The position numbers and the translations under genes are program-made. 64,000 nt of DNA from contig NC_086119.1 in the NCBI RefSeq assembly GCF_963921235.1, positions 24,242,001-24,306,000 on the forward strand, read 5' to 3'. A model generated the notes under the pieces. The model searched no databases and was not told where the DNA came from. It saw nothing but the letters and a program-made list of their open reading frames with translations. How positions within the stretch are numbered: position 1 is the first letter of the stretch; each line of letters opens with the position of its first letter. The stretch is from Mobula hypostoma (Eukaryota). Shown piece by piece: positions 1-12,965 of the stretch.

Positions 1-440
1 AAATCTTTAACATTTCAAATATATCTAATTATCTAGCCTTTACTACTCCCTCCCGATAGAATTTTTATACACCTCAGTTTTAGCAACATCCTCTTGTTCG
101 TACCTGTCACAGCGTTCATGAAAATATCTCAATATTATACCTTATCAGGTCCCTTAGCATTTTATATGTTTGAATAAGGTCACTCCCCCCCCCCACAAAC
201 TCGAATGAATACAGGCTCAAAATCTGGCCTCTTGATATTTTGTCTCAAAATACAGGCATCTCCAAAAATGCAGCACTATTAAGGCCTCGTCATAAGCTGT
301 CAAAAGTAATTTCTGTATTGAATCCTTGATATGACAGCCTGAACCCAGAGAAAAGGGCACCCTAAAATAATGAAAAGTGGTGTGTTATGCACATGACTTG
401 GTTAAATGCTGAACATCTGAAATCTAATTTGTAACTAAAA

Positions 441-2275
441 GATAGCACAGTAGCACAGCAGTTAGCATAACGCTGTTACAGCGCCAGATATCCGGGTTCA
501 ATTCCGCAGCTGCAAGGTGTTTGCACGTTCCCCCTGTGACTGCACGGGTTTCATCCGGATGCTCCGGTTTCTCTGGAGTGCACCCTCGTGTTCTGGAGGA
601 AGTAGCTGTGGAGATTGCGGAGGCATTAGCGATGATCTTTCAAAAGTCGATAGATTCTGGCATGGTTCCGGAAGACAGGAAGATTGCAAATGTCACTCCG
701 CTATTTAAGAAGGGGGCAAGGAAGCAAAAAGGAAATTATAGACCTGTTAGTTTGACGTCGGTGGTTGGGAAGTTGTTGGAGTCGATTGTCAAGGATGAGG
801 TTACAGAGTACCTGGAGGCATATGACAAGATAGGCAGAACTCAGCATGGATTCCCTAAAGGAAAATCCTGCCTGACAAACCTATTACAATTTTTTGAGGA
901 AATTACCAGTAGGCTAGACAAGGGAGATGCAGTGGATGTTGTATATTTGGATTTTCAGAAGGCCTTTGACAAGGTGCCACACATGAGGCTTCTTAACTAG
1001 ATAAGAGCCCATGGAATTACGGGAAAGTTACATACGTGGATAGAGTGTTGGCTGATTGGCAGGAAACAGGGAGTGGGAATAAAGGGATCCTATTCTGGTT
1101 GGCTGCTAGTTACCAGTGGTGTTCCACAGGGATCAGTGTTGGGGCCGCTTCTTTTTACATTGTACATCCACGATTTGGATTATGGAATAGATGGCTTTGT
1201 GGCTAAGTTTGCTGACGATACGAAGATAGGTGGAGGGGCCGGTAGTGCTGAGGAAACGGAGAGTCTGCAGAGAGACTTGGATAGACTGGAAGAATGGGCA
1301 GAGAAGTGGCAAATGAAGTACAATGTTGGAAAGTGTATGGTTATGCACATTGGCAGAAAAAATAAACCGGCAGACTATTATTTAAATGGGGAAAGAATTC
1401 AAAGTTCTGAGATGCAACGGGACTTGGGAGTCCTCGTACAGGATTCCCTTAAAGTTAACCTCCAGGTTGAGTCAGTAGTGAAGAAGGCGAATGCAATGTT
1501 GGCATTCATTTCTAGAGGAAAAGAGTATAGGAGCAGGGATGTGATGTTGAGGTTCTATAAGGCACTGGTGAGACCTCACTTGGAGTACTGTGGGCAGTTT
1601 TGGTCTCCTTATTTAAGAAAGGATGTGCTGACGTTGGAGAGGGTACAGAGAAGATTCACTAGAATGATTCCGGGAATGAGAGCGTTAACATATGAGGAAC
1701 GTTTGTCCACTCTTGGACTGTATTCCTTGGAGTTTAGAAGAATGAGGGGAGACCTCATAGAAACATTTCGAATGTTAAAAGGCATGGACAGAGTGTTTCC
1801 CATGATGGGGGAGTCTAGTACAAGAGGGCATGACTTCAGGATTGAAGGGCGCCCTTTCAGAACAGAAATGCAAAGAAATTTTTTTAGTCAGAGGGTGGTG
1901 AATCCATGGAATTTGTTGCCACGGGCAGCAGTGGAGGCCAAGTCATTGGGTGTATTTAAGGCAGAGATTGATAGGTATCTGAGTAGCCAGGGCATCAAAG
2001 GTTATGGTGAGAAGGCGGGGCAGTGGAACTAAATAGGATAAAATGGATCAGCTCATGACAAAATGGCAGAGCAGACTCGATGGGCCGAATGGCCTACTTC
2101 TGCTCCTTTGTCTTATGGTCTCCTCCCACATTTCAAAACCATATAGTTAGGGTTAGTGAGTTGTAGGCATGCTCTGTTAGTAGGGGGCTGACCAACACAA
2201 TCCTCACTGATTTGATGCAAATGACACATTTCACTCTATGTTTTGAGGTACATGTGACAAATAAAGCTGGTCTTT
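441..2275 (+). mobile_element. tRNA-derived V-SINE (HE1-like) split by the CR1 insertion (441-570 and 2122-2275)
   Basis: B-box GGTTCAATTCC at ~495; the V-core ...GCTCCGGTTT|CCTCCCACA... is rejoined across the LINE. Confidence 0.75.
574..2121 (+). mobile_element. 5'-truncated CR1-clade LINE (ORF2 reverse transcriptase to 3' tail), young copy
   Basis: ORFs 521..1000 and 1073..2032 are in one frame, split by a single TAG. Motifs NYRPVSLTS, YLDFQKAFDKV, GVPQGSVLGP and KFADDTK are present; ends in a TCTTATGGTC tail. Confidence 0.95.
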
Positions 2276-2384
2276 AAAAAAATCTTTAAATCTGTATGGT
2301 TAGTAGCTAATACAATTAAGTTTTAGTTATACTAAAGAGAATGAATATACCAGTCAAAAGAATAAAAATAAATAAATATGTGAA

Positions 2385-2795
2385 ATTCTGTAAATGCTGG
2401 AAATCCAAAGCAACGCACACAACATGCTGGAGGAACTCAGCAGCTCAGGCAGCATTTATCGAAGTGAATAACCAGTTGATGTTTCACGCCAAGACTTCTC
2501 AGGTCTCAAAAAAAAATTATTTATATAGAACTTTAAAATTGCCCCGAGTTAAAATCTGTGTACGAGTTTGGTTGAATGGCATTAAGATCTTGAAAAACAT
2601 GTAAAGGACTGCCACAAAGCAGAACACTAAAAATGCTGGAAATATGAAATGAAAAAAGAAGATTCTAAAAATATTCAGTAAATCAGCTGGCATCAAAGAA
2701 ACAGTTAGCATTTGAGGACCAAAAATATTAACTCTATCTCTTTGTCTACTTATGCTGCCAGACTTGCTGAGTATTGTTAACTTTTTTTATTTTGT
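2385..2795. mobile_element. Decayed Penelope-like terminal fragments / inverted-repeat remnants
   Basis: TGCTGGAGGAACTCAGCAG...GGCAGCAT motif and its reverse complement, shared with the younger copies at 42244, 61388 and 62004. Confidence 0.55.
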
Positions 2796-3303
2796 TACAA
2801 AGTCAAATGATACAGTTAAAAACAATTTTAAAGATCATTTCATTAAGATAATGATGGAACCAAACTGTTTATGTAGATGCTTTCTTTTAACAAGGTAAGC
2901 TTGGGAGTACCAAGAGTTAATCTCAAGTTGTGAAGAGCCCAGACTAGTTTTAATCAAGTAGGACAGGGAGTAATTTTTCCTGATTCATGTGCTAAATTAA
3001 CTGTTTCCTCTTTTTCAATATGACAAGTAATGAATGTTACAGAATAGTGCACAATTATATTGATAAAAAGTACTCCAATCAGCCTTTCTAGCCCCTCTCT
3101 AAACATAAGTAGAAATACCAAATTTTAAGCATATCAGAGCAAGTAAAGAGATAAAGCCGTGATGAATTTTATCTTTGCACCAATAATAGATTAGTGCTAT
3201 ATATTTAAGGATCAACTTGACTCCAGAGCAAGTAAAATGAGCTTTCCTGAAAAACAATCATTACACTTTGGTTTACACTGCAAAAATAATTCAGACAGAT
3301 CAG

Positions 3304-3483
3304 TGTAGCAGGCAGTGCTGATGTCTGACAGCCTCAGTAAACCAGGTTCAATTCTGATCACCTGCAGTGCCTGTGTGCAGTTCATATGCTCTCCCTGTGA
3401 TCTCATGGGTTTCTCCCAGAGTGCTTCAGATTCCTCCAACATACCAAAAATGTGCTGGTGTCTTAAGTGGCTATTGTAAATTA
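3304..3483 (+). mobile_element. V-SINE interrupted by the element at 3484
   Basis: B-box GGTTCAATTC and V-core CTCTCCCTGTGATCTCATGGGTTTCTCCC...TTCCTCC. Confidence 0.6.
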
Positions 3484-3855
3484 TTGGGTGGACGGGTGGA
3501 GATATGTCTCTACCAAAGGAGTAAGGCGCTCCTTCCCTCCACTAGCCTGCAGGTCATACTTGGGTAAGGTGTAGCACCTGCTTAGCCCCACAACCAGGGT
3601 CACATGAAGCCACGGGGGTAGGTGGTAAATGGTCGAATGAGCAGCTGGTGGATACTATGTCCTGGTTATGTGATCGGTGACATCAGGCATACAATTTCTG
3701 AAGAGTATTGATAGTGCCTGGGGCCGCCCACCTTGTAGAGACACTTCCCAGAAGAAGGCAATGGCAAACCATTTCTGTAGAAAAATTTTCCAAGGACAAT
3801 CATGGTCAAAGGCCATCATCACCCATATCATACATCACGGCACATAATGATGATG
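3484..3855 (+). mobile_element. ~370-bp non-autonomous retroposon with RTE-type tail, copy 1
   Basis: TSD ATTGTAAATTA (3473-3483 / 3856-3866); GAAGGCAATGGCAAACC RTE/Bov-type motif; (TGA)n tail; second copy at 60360. Confidence 0.8.
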
Positions 3856-4304
3856 ATTGTAAATTACATCTAACATAGGGAGGTGATCCACCCACAGAAA
3901 ATCAGATTAATGGGCAAGCAAGAGCGAAGATTCTAGAAAAATACGGTTGATGGAATGGGATTTTTCTGAGAGCTGGTATAGACTCAATGGACTGAATGGC
4001 CTCAGATCACAAGGAAAGATGAAACACAAGGTATGTAGTATGAAGCAATGCCAAGGTTCAGATCATAATGGACAAGCACCAAAAATATGTCAGAAGAAAG
4101 TCAGAAAGATGACCAGCTTTTATATTCACTGAAGCTCAATTTAAAAGTGAGTTTCCTTGCCATCTGGATCAGAACTGTTGACCCATCCAAAAATTGTTAA
4201 TTACTTAGTATCCACTTTGATAATGCACCCATGAAATATGATGAGATTTGGCTAAACCTGTTAAAAATCTAACGAATCGCGTATTGAAATGAAACATGGA
4301 GGGG

Positions 4305-4992
4305 CAGCCACAAGAGACTGCAAACGCTGGAATCTGGAGCAACAATGTGCTGGAGGAACTCTCAGGTTGAGCAGCATCTGTGGGAGGAAATGATGATGTT
4401 TCAGCTGCATCATGATTACCCTGCATCAAGACCCAACAGATGTTTGTTGCCACAGGGAGAGTGGGCAATCCTTTATGGATAAATTAGGTGAATGATTGTT
4501 AATCCAAAATATTAACCACTTCCATCTCCTTAAACGTACGTGACCTGTTAAATGTTTCTGACTTTCCCTCAACAAGTTTCTAACAATTGCTGTATTTTGT
4601 ATATTTAAAACAGCATCTACTTTTTTTTTAACTGTTAAACATGCTCACATTTGGACCTGGTTCTCTCAATAGGTGGGATTATTCCATAGTTCTAACCTGG
4701 CAATATAAATGCTGGGTAGGAGCTGGCAGAAACACTATAGAACAACACACAAAAAGCTGGAGGAATTCAGCTGGTCAGGCAGAATATACGTTGGGAAATG
4801 GATAGTCAACATCTCAAGTCTGGACACTTTGACCCTTTATCTGGACTACCTGAAGCAGAAATATCCTGTTCCTTCAGCATTTTGTGCGTTGCTCCAGACT
4901 GCAGCATCTGCTGCCTCTTGCTTCTCTGAGAGTCCAAAAATGCTCGCTGCCCTGCTGACTTCCTCCAAGGTTTTGCGTGTTGCTCCAGATTC
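4305..4992. mobile_element. Cluster of decayed Penelope-like terminal fragments
   Basis: GCTGGAGGAACTC/GAATTCAG...GGCAG arms and reverse-complement arms (TTTTGTGCGTTGCTCCAGA). Confidence 0.55.
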
Positions 4993-5379
4993 AATCACTG
5001 GCAGTCACTTGCGTCAGGAACATTATGAATGTACCCAAAGCAATGCGGGCACTAAATTATGCAAAAAAGTTTGGGGAACAGTTCGGAACGAGAAAACTCA
5101 CCTTTAAATGGAGCTGAACCGGATATAAAAGTTAATCAGCTTTCTGAATTCTTGTGACATAACAGTACAAAGCCTTAAGCCTATTTGAATTACCTATTCA
5201 AATCTTCCTTTCGTACTTTTCAATTAAGAACTGAATTTTGACATCTCTTCATGTATGAGTTTTCCTTCTGATGAAAGGGAGGCTGTTCAAAATTCTGTGC
5301 ACGGGACTGAGACAATAAGCAACCTGCATTATAATATCTTGCAACCAGAAGGGAACGCAATGTAACTCAGAGCCTGAAA

Positions 5380-5720
5380 CCTCGCACAAACGGGCTCCAG
5401 TCGCCGGCCGCCCGGACACGCCGCCGGGAACCCGAGCGACGTCCCAACCTCAATAGGCCCTCACGCACAGTCTGCCCTCCAGCCAACAGATAAGCGCGCC
5501 TGAATCGCAGCCCCCGGTACCTTCATCCTCTTCGTCCTCCGGATCTTTAAAAGTCGGCAAAGGGTTTAACAACTCCTCCAACTGCTGTGTGATGGAGGCG
5601 GCCATCTTCCTCTTGCCTCTCAGCCCGAATGGAGCCTATTCAGGATGACGTATTTCCGATTGCAAAGACGACTTCCGGCTCGGGCTGACACATACAGCTC
5701 ACATTGCTGTTACGACGCCC
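5380..5720 (-). promoter_or_regulatory. AATF: AATF CpG island / housekeeping-type promoter
   Basis: CpG-rich; ETS/GABP-type ACTTCCGG (5671-5678), CRE-like TGACGTA (5646-5652), YY1-type GCCATCTT overlapping the start codon. Confidence 0.7.
5521..5605 (-). CDS. AATF: AATF (apoptosis antagonizing transcription factor / Che-1) first coding exon; further exons not identified in the window
   Basis: MAASITQQLEELLNPLPTFKDPEDEEDE then a GT donor at 5520; AAGATGG Kozak context. Resembles the AATF N-terminus (QLEQLLNPRP..DPE), and position and orientation match LHX1-AATF synteny. Confidence 0.85.
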
Positions 5721-7632
5721 AGCTTGTTAAGATACTACTTACCGCAGTAATCTTTTGGGGGATATCCTTCCCTATAATTTTATAAATAAAAACTATAAAA
5801 ATATAATAATTTTAACAATATTATAAATCAAAGTAGCGTAGCCTTAGAAAGGAGAATAATATTTATTTCTCTAATAAAGCAAGCGAAATCGCTTTAGAAT
5901 TCTTATAAAATTGTTCTGCAAGTATTTCGTCTTTATTTCTCTAATCGCTTGGGCCTCATAATGCTTTAGCTTTCCAAAGTTTTGAGGGTTTTAGCATATT
6001 TACAGTAAAATAGAATGTATTAATATTCAGTTGCTGCCTAGCTGCAAGAGTTATGACCAATGAAAATATTAGCCACTATTATTTCAATTTATCCACGTGA
6101 TAAATGTATTGAGAGCGAAAAATATAATATTGTACCAGTGACTCTCATTATTATCCACCAAAGCATCTTATATGTGAGTCCTCTGATAACACTATATTAT
6201 CATAATTGATGAATAACTGGATTGAAAATTTATTGCTGCATCTTTCAATGTTATAGCTTATTATTTTAAAGCAGTTTTTAAAATACTGTAATATACCCAT
6301 TTGGATTAAATAGGTGTTAAAGTATGAAATGCTATTTATGTTGTTTAGTAATTGTCTTGGAAATATGAAATTAGCTTTATGATAGGAAAGGTTTGCATAT
6401 TATATTGGAATTCCAGTATTATGTAGAGAATAATAACATCAACATCAAGGCAAATGTGATGTATGTTGTTTGTCCAATCAGCCTGAAATCTTGCAAGAAG
6501 CAAGGAACTTGTTTGTGTTCAGATAGTATTCAAGAGAATGGAATGACAATTTGCATCTTATGTATAGGAACAGAGTACAATAAAGTACAGAAATCTCCCA
6601 TCCAGAGAAGTGAAATTAACCAGAGCCTTATACATTTACCAGTGAAATTTTTTCCTTATTATGACCTTAACTTATATTGCCATCAATTATTGTTTATATC
6701 TCTAAAATCATTAATTTTGCACTAAAATTAATTTCTCATATTTTGTGGGTTTGGATGCTATATTTTAAGGAAATATTCAGAGTATATGTATATTTCTTTA
6801 ATCTCAGTTTCTTACTCATTTAGACGCCTATGTAATAAATTGTTCTACAGAAGCTCTGGAAAGGAGAACATCAAATTGAATTAAAAATCAACAAAGAACT
6901 TGAAAGACAATTATTCATTCTGGAGGAAAGATTAGACGTTACACTGAGTTTGTATCTTTGTGCATAAAAAAACCCACTCACATGAGCATAACACCTCTTG
7001 CATATTGCAATTATCCATTTACCAAAGATTCTTGTGTTCAAGGATTTTAAAAACTGCATTGACCAATGAGTCCCAATTCCTGCTTCCTAATCCTAGATTT
7101 CCCACTCCTTCATTTAAAATGGTGTAACTTTTTAAACTATTTACATGGAATGTTCCATATTCATATCACTAATAGTGGAGCCAGAAAATTATTTTATGCA
7201 AGTGTTAGTTCATAACATTAGAAACAAGGCTGGAGTTCATTATCAGGTAATAAACTCAGATAACTTAACAGCTAACAAATTTTCTTTAAAATTTAAAATT
7301 TTACAATTAGTCATTTAACCTATTCAATGTGATCTTTTAACTCAGTGGAACTGAAACAGTGAAGTTTTGCTGTAATTATTTTATCTGAAATTTTATCTCA
7401 TTTTAATAAAGTACATTCCATTGACATGCCATTAGAAATTGTAGGAGTCAATTTTAATACAAAGAAGTAGAGATAATGTAGGTGTAAAGTTGACCGATGA
7501 CAGTTTTGGAGGTAGTTAGTTCAGTAACGGACTGATACCTAAAAACAACCAAGATGCTTCCAGTTCATTCTGCAAAATCACCTTGTTCATAAACAGAGCA
7601 CTGACATTTAAGGACACTAAAACATCAATTTT

Positions 7633-7657
7633 TTTATTAAAAAGTCACAAATTTATT
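7633..7657 (-). promoter_or_regulatory. Candidate LHX1 polyadenylation signals (two AATAAA hexamers)
   Basis: Plus-strand TTTATT at 7633-7638 and 7652-7657, about 1 kb after the stop codon. Confidence 0.55.
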
Positions 7658-8056
7658 CAACATGTTTTTTTTCATTTATACAGTGAATGGTCTAATATGC
7701 AACAGAGGTCACAGAAGCTTAGGCCTATCATTATGACAAAAATTGATATCATGAGGAATTCTATACTGTATAAAGAAAAAGGTAGCAGCTATAGACTGCA
7801 TATTTGACCATGTAGTAAAATTGTTTAAATATTTGACCTTTCGTTTCTGTAAGACACAAAAATAAAATCCTGTATGAATCTATATGAGCATTATTAACAA
7901 TATGAATGCTTCCTATGAGAGAGCTAAAAATGAGCAGAAAGTTTATTTTTAACACTCTCTTTCTGAACACTTTCTCCAGTGGATGGTGCAATGCACCTAC
8001 AGTAATTGTGCTATGACTTATCTATTTGGCACCTTTCTAGTTTGTTTCTCCACTTT

Positions 8057-8249
8057 TGTAAACATACGCAAAAAAAATCACTTTGTACAAGTTGGAGCCA
8101 TTAACCATAACTCCAGTAATTTTTGTACATCTTTTGGAAACAAATAAAAAGGTTTGGTTACATGATGCCCGTTTGTTCAACTCGGATCAAGAGGTTCTAA
8201 AATGTTTTCTAAAACATTAAACTCCTGAATTAAATATAATACGTAAACA
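8057..8249 (-). promoter_or_regulatory. Two miR-30 seed sites in the LHX1 3' UTR
   Basis: mRNA-sense TGTTTACA (8mer, 8057-8064) and TGTTTAC (7mer-m8, 8243-8249). Confidence 0.65.
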
Positions 8250-8625
8250 GTAGACTCTTTCAGTTCATTTATGAGCTTTTTGTTGTTCAGCTTTGTGTAG
8301 GTAGAGTAGTTTGCGTTGAAGTCTTGGGGGCTCCCGAACGCCTTTGTCTTTTCTGAAATGTGTACTTTTTGGATTCTAAAAACTCCGCTCAGAATGCCGT
8401 CCCGTTCAAAACTTGTTGCTCCACTAACTCGTTGCAACTTCCTTTTCGTTTGATGCTTTCACTTTTTAAAAAGTGTTATTTTAGTTTGTTTTGTGACGAG
8501 TTTCGTTGATGATCTTGGCTTCGTTCTTGCTGACCGGGCAGCGAACGAAACTGTCTTTGGGGTGGGATAGAGCGCAGAGCGAGACACATTGTCAATTTCA
8601 GGAATTTCCGCCAAGTCGGAAGTCG

Positions 8626-9020
8626 TTACCAAACGGCTGCTTCATTCATTTCCGGAGGCGGATGTGACAAATGGTTGGCGTATCCCCCATTCGTGAGAGA
8701 GAAGGACGGGCTAGGACCTGGGCCGAATACATCCGCCGCCATCGTGTGCATTGACGGTCCTGTTAACCCCGGCTCTGGGCTGGGAGAGTCCCCGTGAGAG
8801 TGAGAGATCATGTCAGTAAACCTCTGGCCGTCGCCTGGCCCCGGAAGATTGGTCGGGTGGTGGCCGGGCAGTGGATGCTCGAGTCCGCCGAGTGGGGTCG
8901 CCCCAGGCCCGGAGGAGGGCACAAAACCCAGATCCACCGGAGTCTGAGCTTGAGACGAGGGGGGACCTTGAGGAAAGAAATCGTAATTGCTTCCAGGGCC
9001 ATAATATTCAGTCTGATAAT
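8626..9020 (-). CDS. LHX1: LHX1 exon 5 coding part (C-terminal region)
   Basis: [28 protein letters not shown]...[15 protein letters not shown]; CCACAG acceptor; 395 nt. Total CDS is 1233 nt (410 aa). Residues HVK, KCNLTE, RRARS and PEMNEAAVW plus the adjacent AATF favour LHX1 over LHX5. Confidence 0.96.
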
Positions 9021-12000
9021 CTGTGGAAGCAAAAACAAGATCCAGTAAAGATAAATATACAACAATAGGCAATCTTAACACTTTACAATTTCAGGACGTC
9101 AAATACAAATAAACCAAGAATAAATGCAGTAAACAGATAAATTAGACATTCTTGATAAGTATTAACAAAGGATTGATCAAAAACAAAACCCGGGAATAAG
9201 CAAAATCATCATGATACAAAATTTCTTAAAACGTAACATGACAAACTATGAAATTTATAACTTGGCTTTGCGTTGAGATTACATTGGATATTAAATCGCT
9301 GATTTTGATTTAACTCCTCTCCACGTTCGCTTAGTGTTGATTAGAAGCAGCTCCTAATATAATTGACCCTTGAATATACTAAATCCCAACCTAGTTAATC
9401 CGCTTCCAAGACACAGATAGGTTTACAAGTTGGATTGTAGATTAAACCACCAATAGAAAGTCTTGCACATGTACGGTATAGCCAAATTATTTCATTTCAT
9501 TGTTATTCTTTGTAAGCCATTCAAATTGATCTACGGTCAACATGAAATCTGTGGCCAGGAACTCAATCTTCATCTATCTCTGGGAGCCGCAGATTCCAGT
9601 ATTAAGTTCTGTGGCAAATTAAAATAAATCAGGATCAACATACAAAGGTTGCTAACTATATTAGAAATTCATTCCTATTCAATAATACCAATTATATGGG
9701 AGGTCCTTAAACAAAACATTTGCAAAATTATAGATCTTAATATTTATTGGCTTAATAATATATTCAATTATTTCCCAGTTGCGGAACGGACATCAAGATC
9801 AGTTTATTTTTTGGGTGGGGTACATTTAATTATTTTTCCTTTTTGCTGGTGCCCCTTACTTTTTATTAACCCGAAAGCGGTTGATCAGAATCCATCTGAA
9901 TTCACGGCAGAATGAGCAGAGTACAGGGGGAACAAAAAGCATGTTTTTGCTCTAATTTATGCCCTATTTGTAAATCAGATTGTCGCCTTTTTTCTCTTGC
10001 TCTCTAAAGATTTCATTTCTGTAAGTGAAATTGAAGCAGATGTGATTGCAAACAAACGCTTGGGAAACTATTCTCTGTTATTAATCCTTATCACACAGAA
10101 GGTCTGGCGCAGCAGGGTCCCACTTTTTGAATAATGCTCACTCATTTTACACAATCGCAACCGCTCTCACAAAAACACCACTCAACTAGTCATTTTAGAG
10201 CATTTCGGCAAATAACAACCTGCCACGCTAAGAATAGTAGCTTGAAAAATATTGTAAAATAGTTTATTATTCTGGACCGAATTTTAAATCTGCAAATAAA
10301 ATCGTTAGTTGCACAATTCAGTGAAAGTGTTTTGAAAGTAGTCTTCTATCTAAATGCTCCACAGGTATTAATGTCATTTCGCATAATTTTCAAATCCTGG
10401 TATTAAAAACAATGCTTCACTTACTAACGTCAATAATACTTCCTAAATCTAAATAAGATCCATTTATAGAAAGTTAGGACGGAGTTCGCTTAGTCCTTCA
10501 GAAAAGTGTCTTGAAATTCATCTGGATCTGCTTATCGCTTGTAAATTGTATTTTTGTTTATTTTTCAGCTACAACACTTTACATCCGACTAATTCCTTTC
10601 TCCAGTTCAGCCTGAATGCAAGCTAATTTACATAAGTAAATGAAATGCTGAATATGCGTACAAATACTGGCCGCCTCCACTAAGTTAAAAGATAGATGAA
10701 AATATTGATGGACTTTAAAATCGGCCAGCAGAATTATTGAAAACTTAAGTGCGCTCATGCCCAAAGTCATTTTAATTTCAAATGTGTAGTTTCAGTGTGA
10801 GATCGAGCATAGGGTGATCCTAGTCAGTGGGTCCGATTATCGCTGTGTTTAGAGTAGCTTTTTTAAAATGTTCTCTTTTTTTCAGATACTTGAGAGACAA
10901 ACGTACCACCAATTAACAGCGCAGGACAATCCAATGTAAATGAAATGTATTCATCTTGCCAATAATGCATCTTTAAAGAATACATTTTTAAATGCATGCT
11001 GTTGTTTTAAAAAAAACGAATAGATACATTATTCTTAACATTCAAAACGCAAATTTACGATTTCAATATAAATGCTTTTATTTGAGTGGGTTGAAGAAAT
11101 GTAGTTGAAATATTTAATGCTTCGTGCTACGGTCTTGTTCCGAGCCTCCTACTTATGCTGTACATTCACGCCATATTAATTAACCCCATCCCCTCCCGCG
11201 TGCTTATTGTCGCTCCATGTTCTTGCCATCAAATAACAGCGAGTATGCTGTTTACAGTCTACTGGAAGCCCCACCAGCATGACGCGGAACACAGACATGG
11301 AAACTTTCTAAGCAGCAAAGTTGACAAATGTCCCAGCTGAGGAATATGGATGGATGTTTTTCAACGTCTCTAAATATACAGTATAAATTAATAAAATTTA
11401 TAACATGTTCACTCTTTGTACACTTAAAAAATTGCATAATTAATTCAGATACAAATCAGTTTCAGGCCTTATTCTAACGATGCATTGCTCTGAATAGATA
11501 TGTGCTATTATAACTCAAACAGGAGCAATTATACCATGTAAGCATTCTACTAATTCTTAAAATTAGAAAGTAAGCACATTATGTAACTTTGTGCACGGTA
11601 CAAAATATGAAGAAACGGTTACGTAAGTCAAAGTAGAGAAAGGTGCAAAATATAGTATATGGCAATATAACAAGTGATGTATCTCCATTTTTTCTAAAAT
11701 AATTCTTTCATTAAAAAGCGAAGTTCTCTGACTCCATGACCTTCCCTATCACGCATGCTCTCCAAACTCTCTAATGGAAGACAAAACATACAATTAAACC
11801 CAATTTAATACTACCTAGTTTTAATAGGAATACTGGAAACCTTTAAACATTTTAGAACTAGAACGTCATTAGTAAACCAAATCCTATGGGAATATATCAT
11901 TCTCCCGCACTCTGTATTTTTAAGCATATACGAACATATGCTGTGACTATTTCAGATCTTTTTTGTATATTCCCGTGGTTATCCTAAGCAGACTATTTAT

Positions 12001-12332
12001 TGCAGACACTACTTTTGGGGCGTTCCCTTTTTCGCGGTGTAATCTTTTGCTGCCCAGCTGTTTCCGTACATGAAACTGATCTGACATTGACAAGTAGGTG
12101 GTTGAGAGAAAAGATATACTTTAGCCTTAACATAGCACGGACAGTCTCTTCCTATAATCAGTGATTGAATAAGTCAATAATAAGTCAATAAATGGCTAAC
12201 TTCATACAGTATTTCAATTGTCCGTCAATATATGACTGTAAAACTGAATTTGCAGCCTCTTTCTCGTTAAATAAGTAATCAGTTTTTAAGCACATCCTGG
12301 GGAGTGTTTAACAGAAATGAATTGGGACTTAC

Positions 12333-12498
12333 CCCCGTAGTAATTGAAAGGGCCGTTTCCCATCATGTCAGCCCCGTCGAGGCGATCTCCCAGGGGTCTC
12401 ATCCGTCTGGGGCTGCGGAAAAACGCGTGTCTACGAGCCCCTAAAGCACTCAGCTGCTTCATCCGCCTCTCCTTGGACCTCCTGTTTTGGAACCAGAC
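12333..12498 (-). CDS. LHX1: LHX1 exon 4 (homeodomain helix 3 and downstream region)
   Basis: [42 protein letters not shown]...; CCCCAG acceptor, GTAAGT donor; 166 nt. Confidence 0.97.
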
Positions 12499-12813
12499 CT
12501 GGGGCACAAAGCAGCCACGAGAATCCTTTTATTCCGAAAATCCTGAGTTAATATTAAACCATACTTACAATGTAAACACGAAACTTCCAATCCCACAGTT
12601 TAGAGTTAAGGAAAACCTGAAGTACATAAAAACTTTACTTGGCAACATTAATCTCAAACCAGTCTTGAAACGCAGGCTACTAATATTTACATCGTGATGT
12701 TCAAAAGGCGAAGGAATGTCAGGAGCCTCTCCCAGAATAAAACACTGAATCGCTTTAACAACAGTTTTGCCAAATCTTTCGATAATATCGTCTCAATTCC
12801 TGACTTTTCAAAG

Positions 12814-12965
12814 TTCAGAGTTAAAATAATCTCAGGATGGGACATGTCACCTGAGATTCATTTTCCTGGGGGCATTCACAGTAAATACAAAGAAACACAA
12901 TAGAGTCCATGTAAAATTCCACTCAAATAAAACAACCAATGGGCAAAAGGCGGCAAATCCTGTGC
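12814..12965 (-). mobile_element. LINE 3'-end fragment in LHX1 intron 3 (same family as 30707 and 41833)
   Basis: Shared CCTGAGATTCATTTTC...GGCATTCACAGT motif. Confidence 0.55.

Noticed and set aside
1-5520. Further AATF exons
   Set aside because: I could not find a minus-strand segment matching AATF exon 2; it probably lies beyond the window start, though a miss is possible.
8794-9068. Plus-strand ORFs overlapping LHX1 exons (also 12344-12697, 14487-14678)
   Set aside because: Shadow frames of GC-rich coding exons with no independent support.
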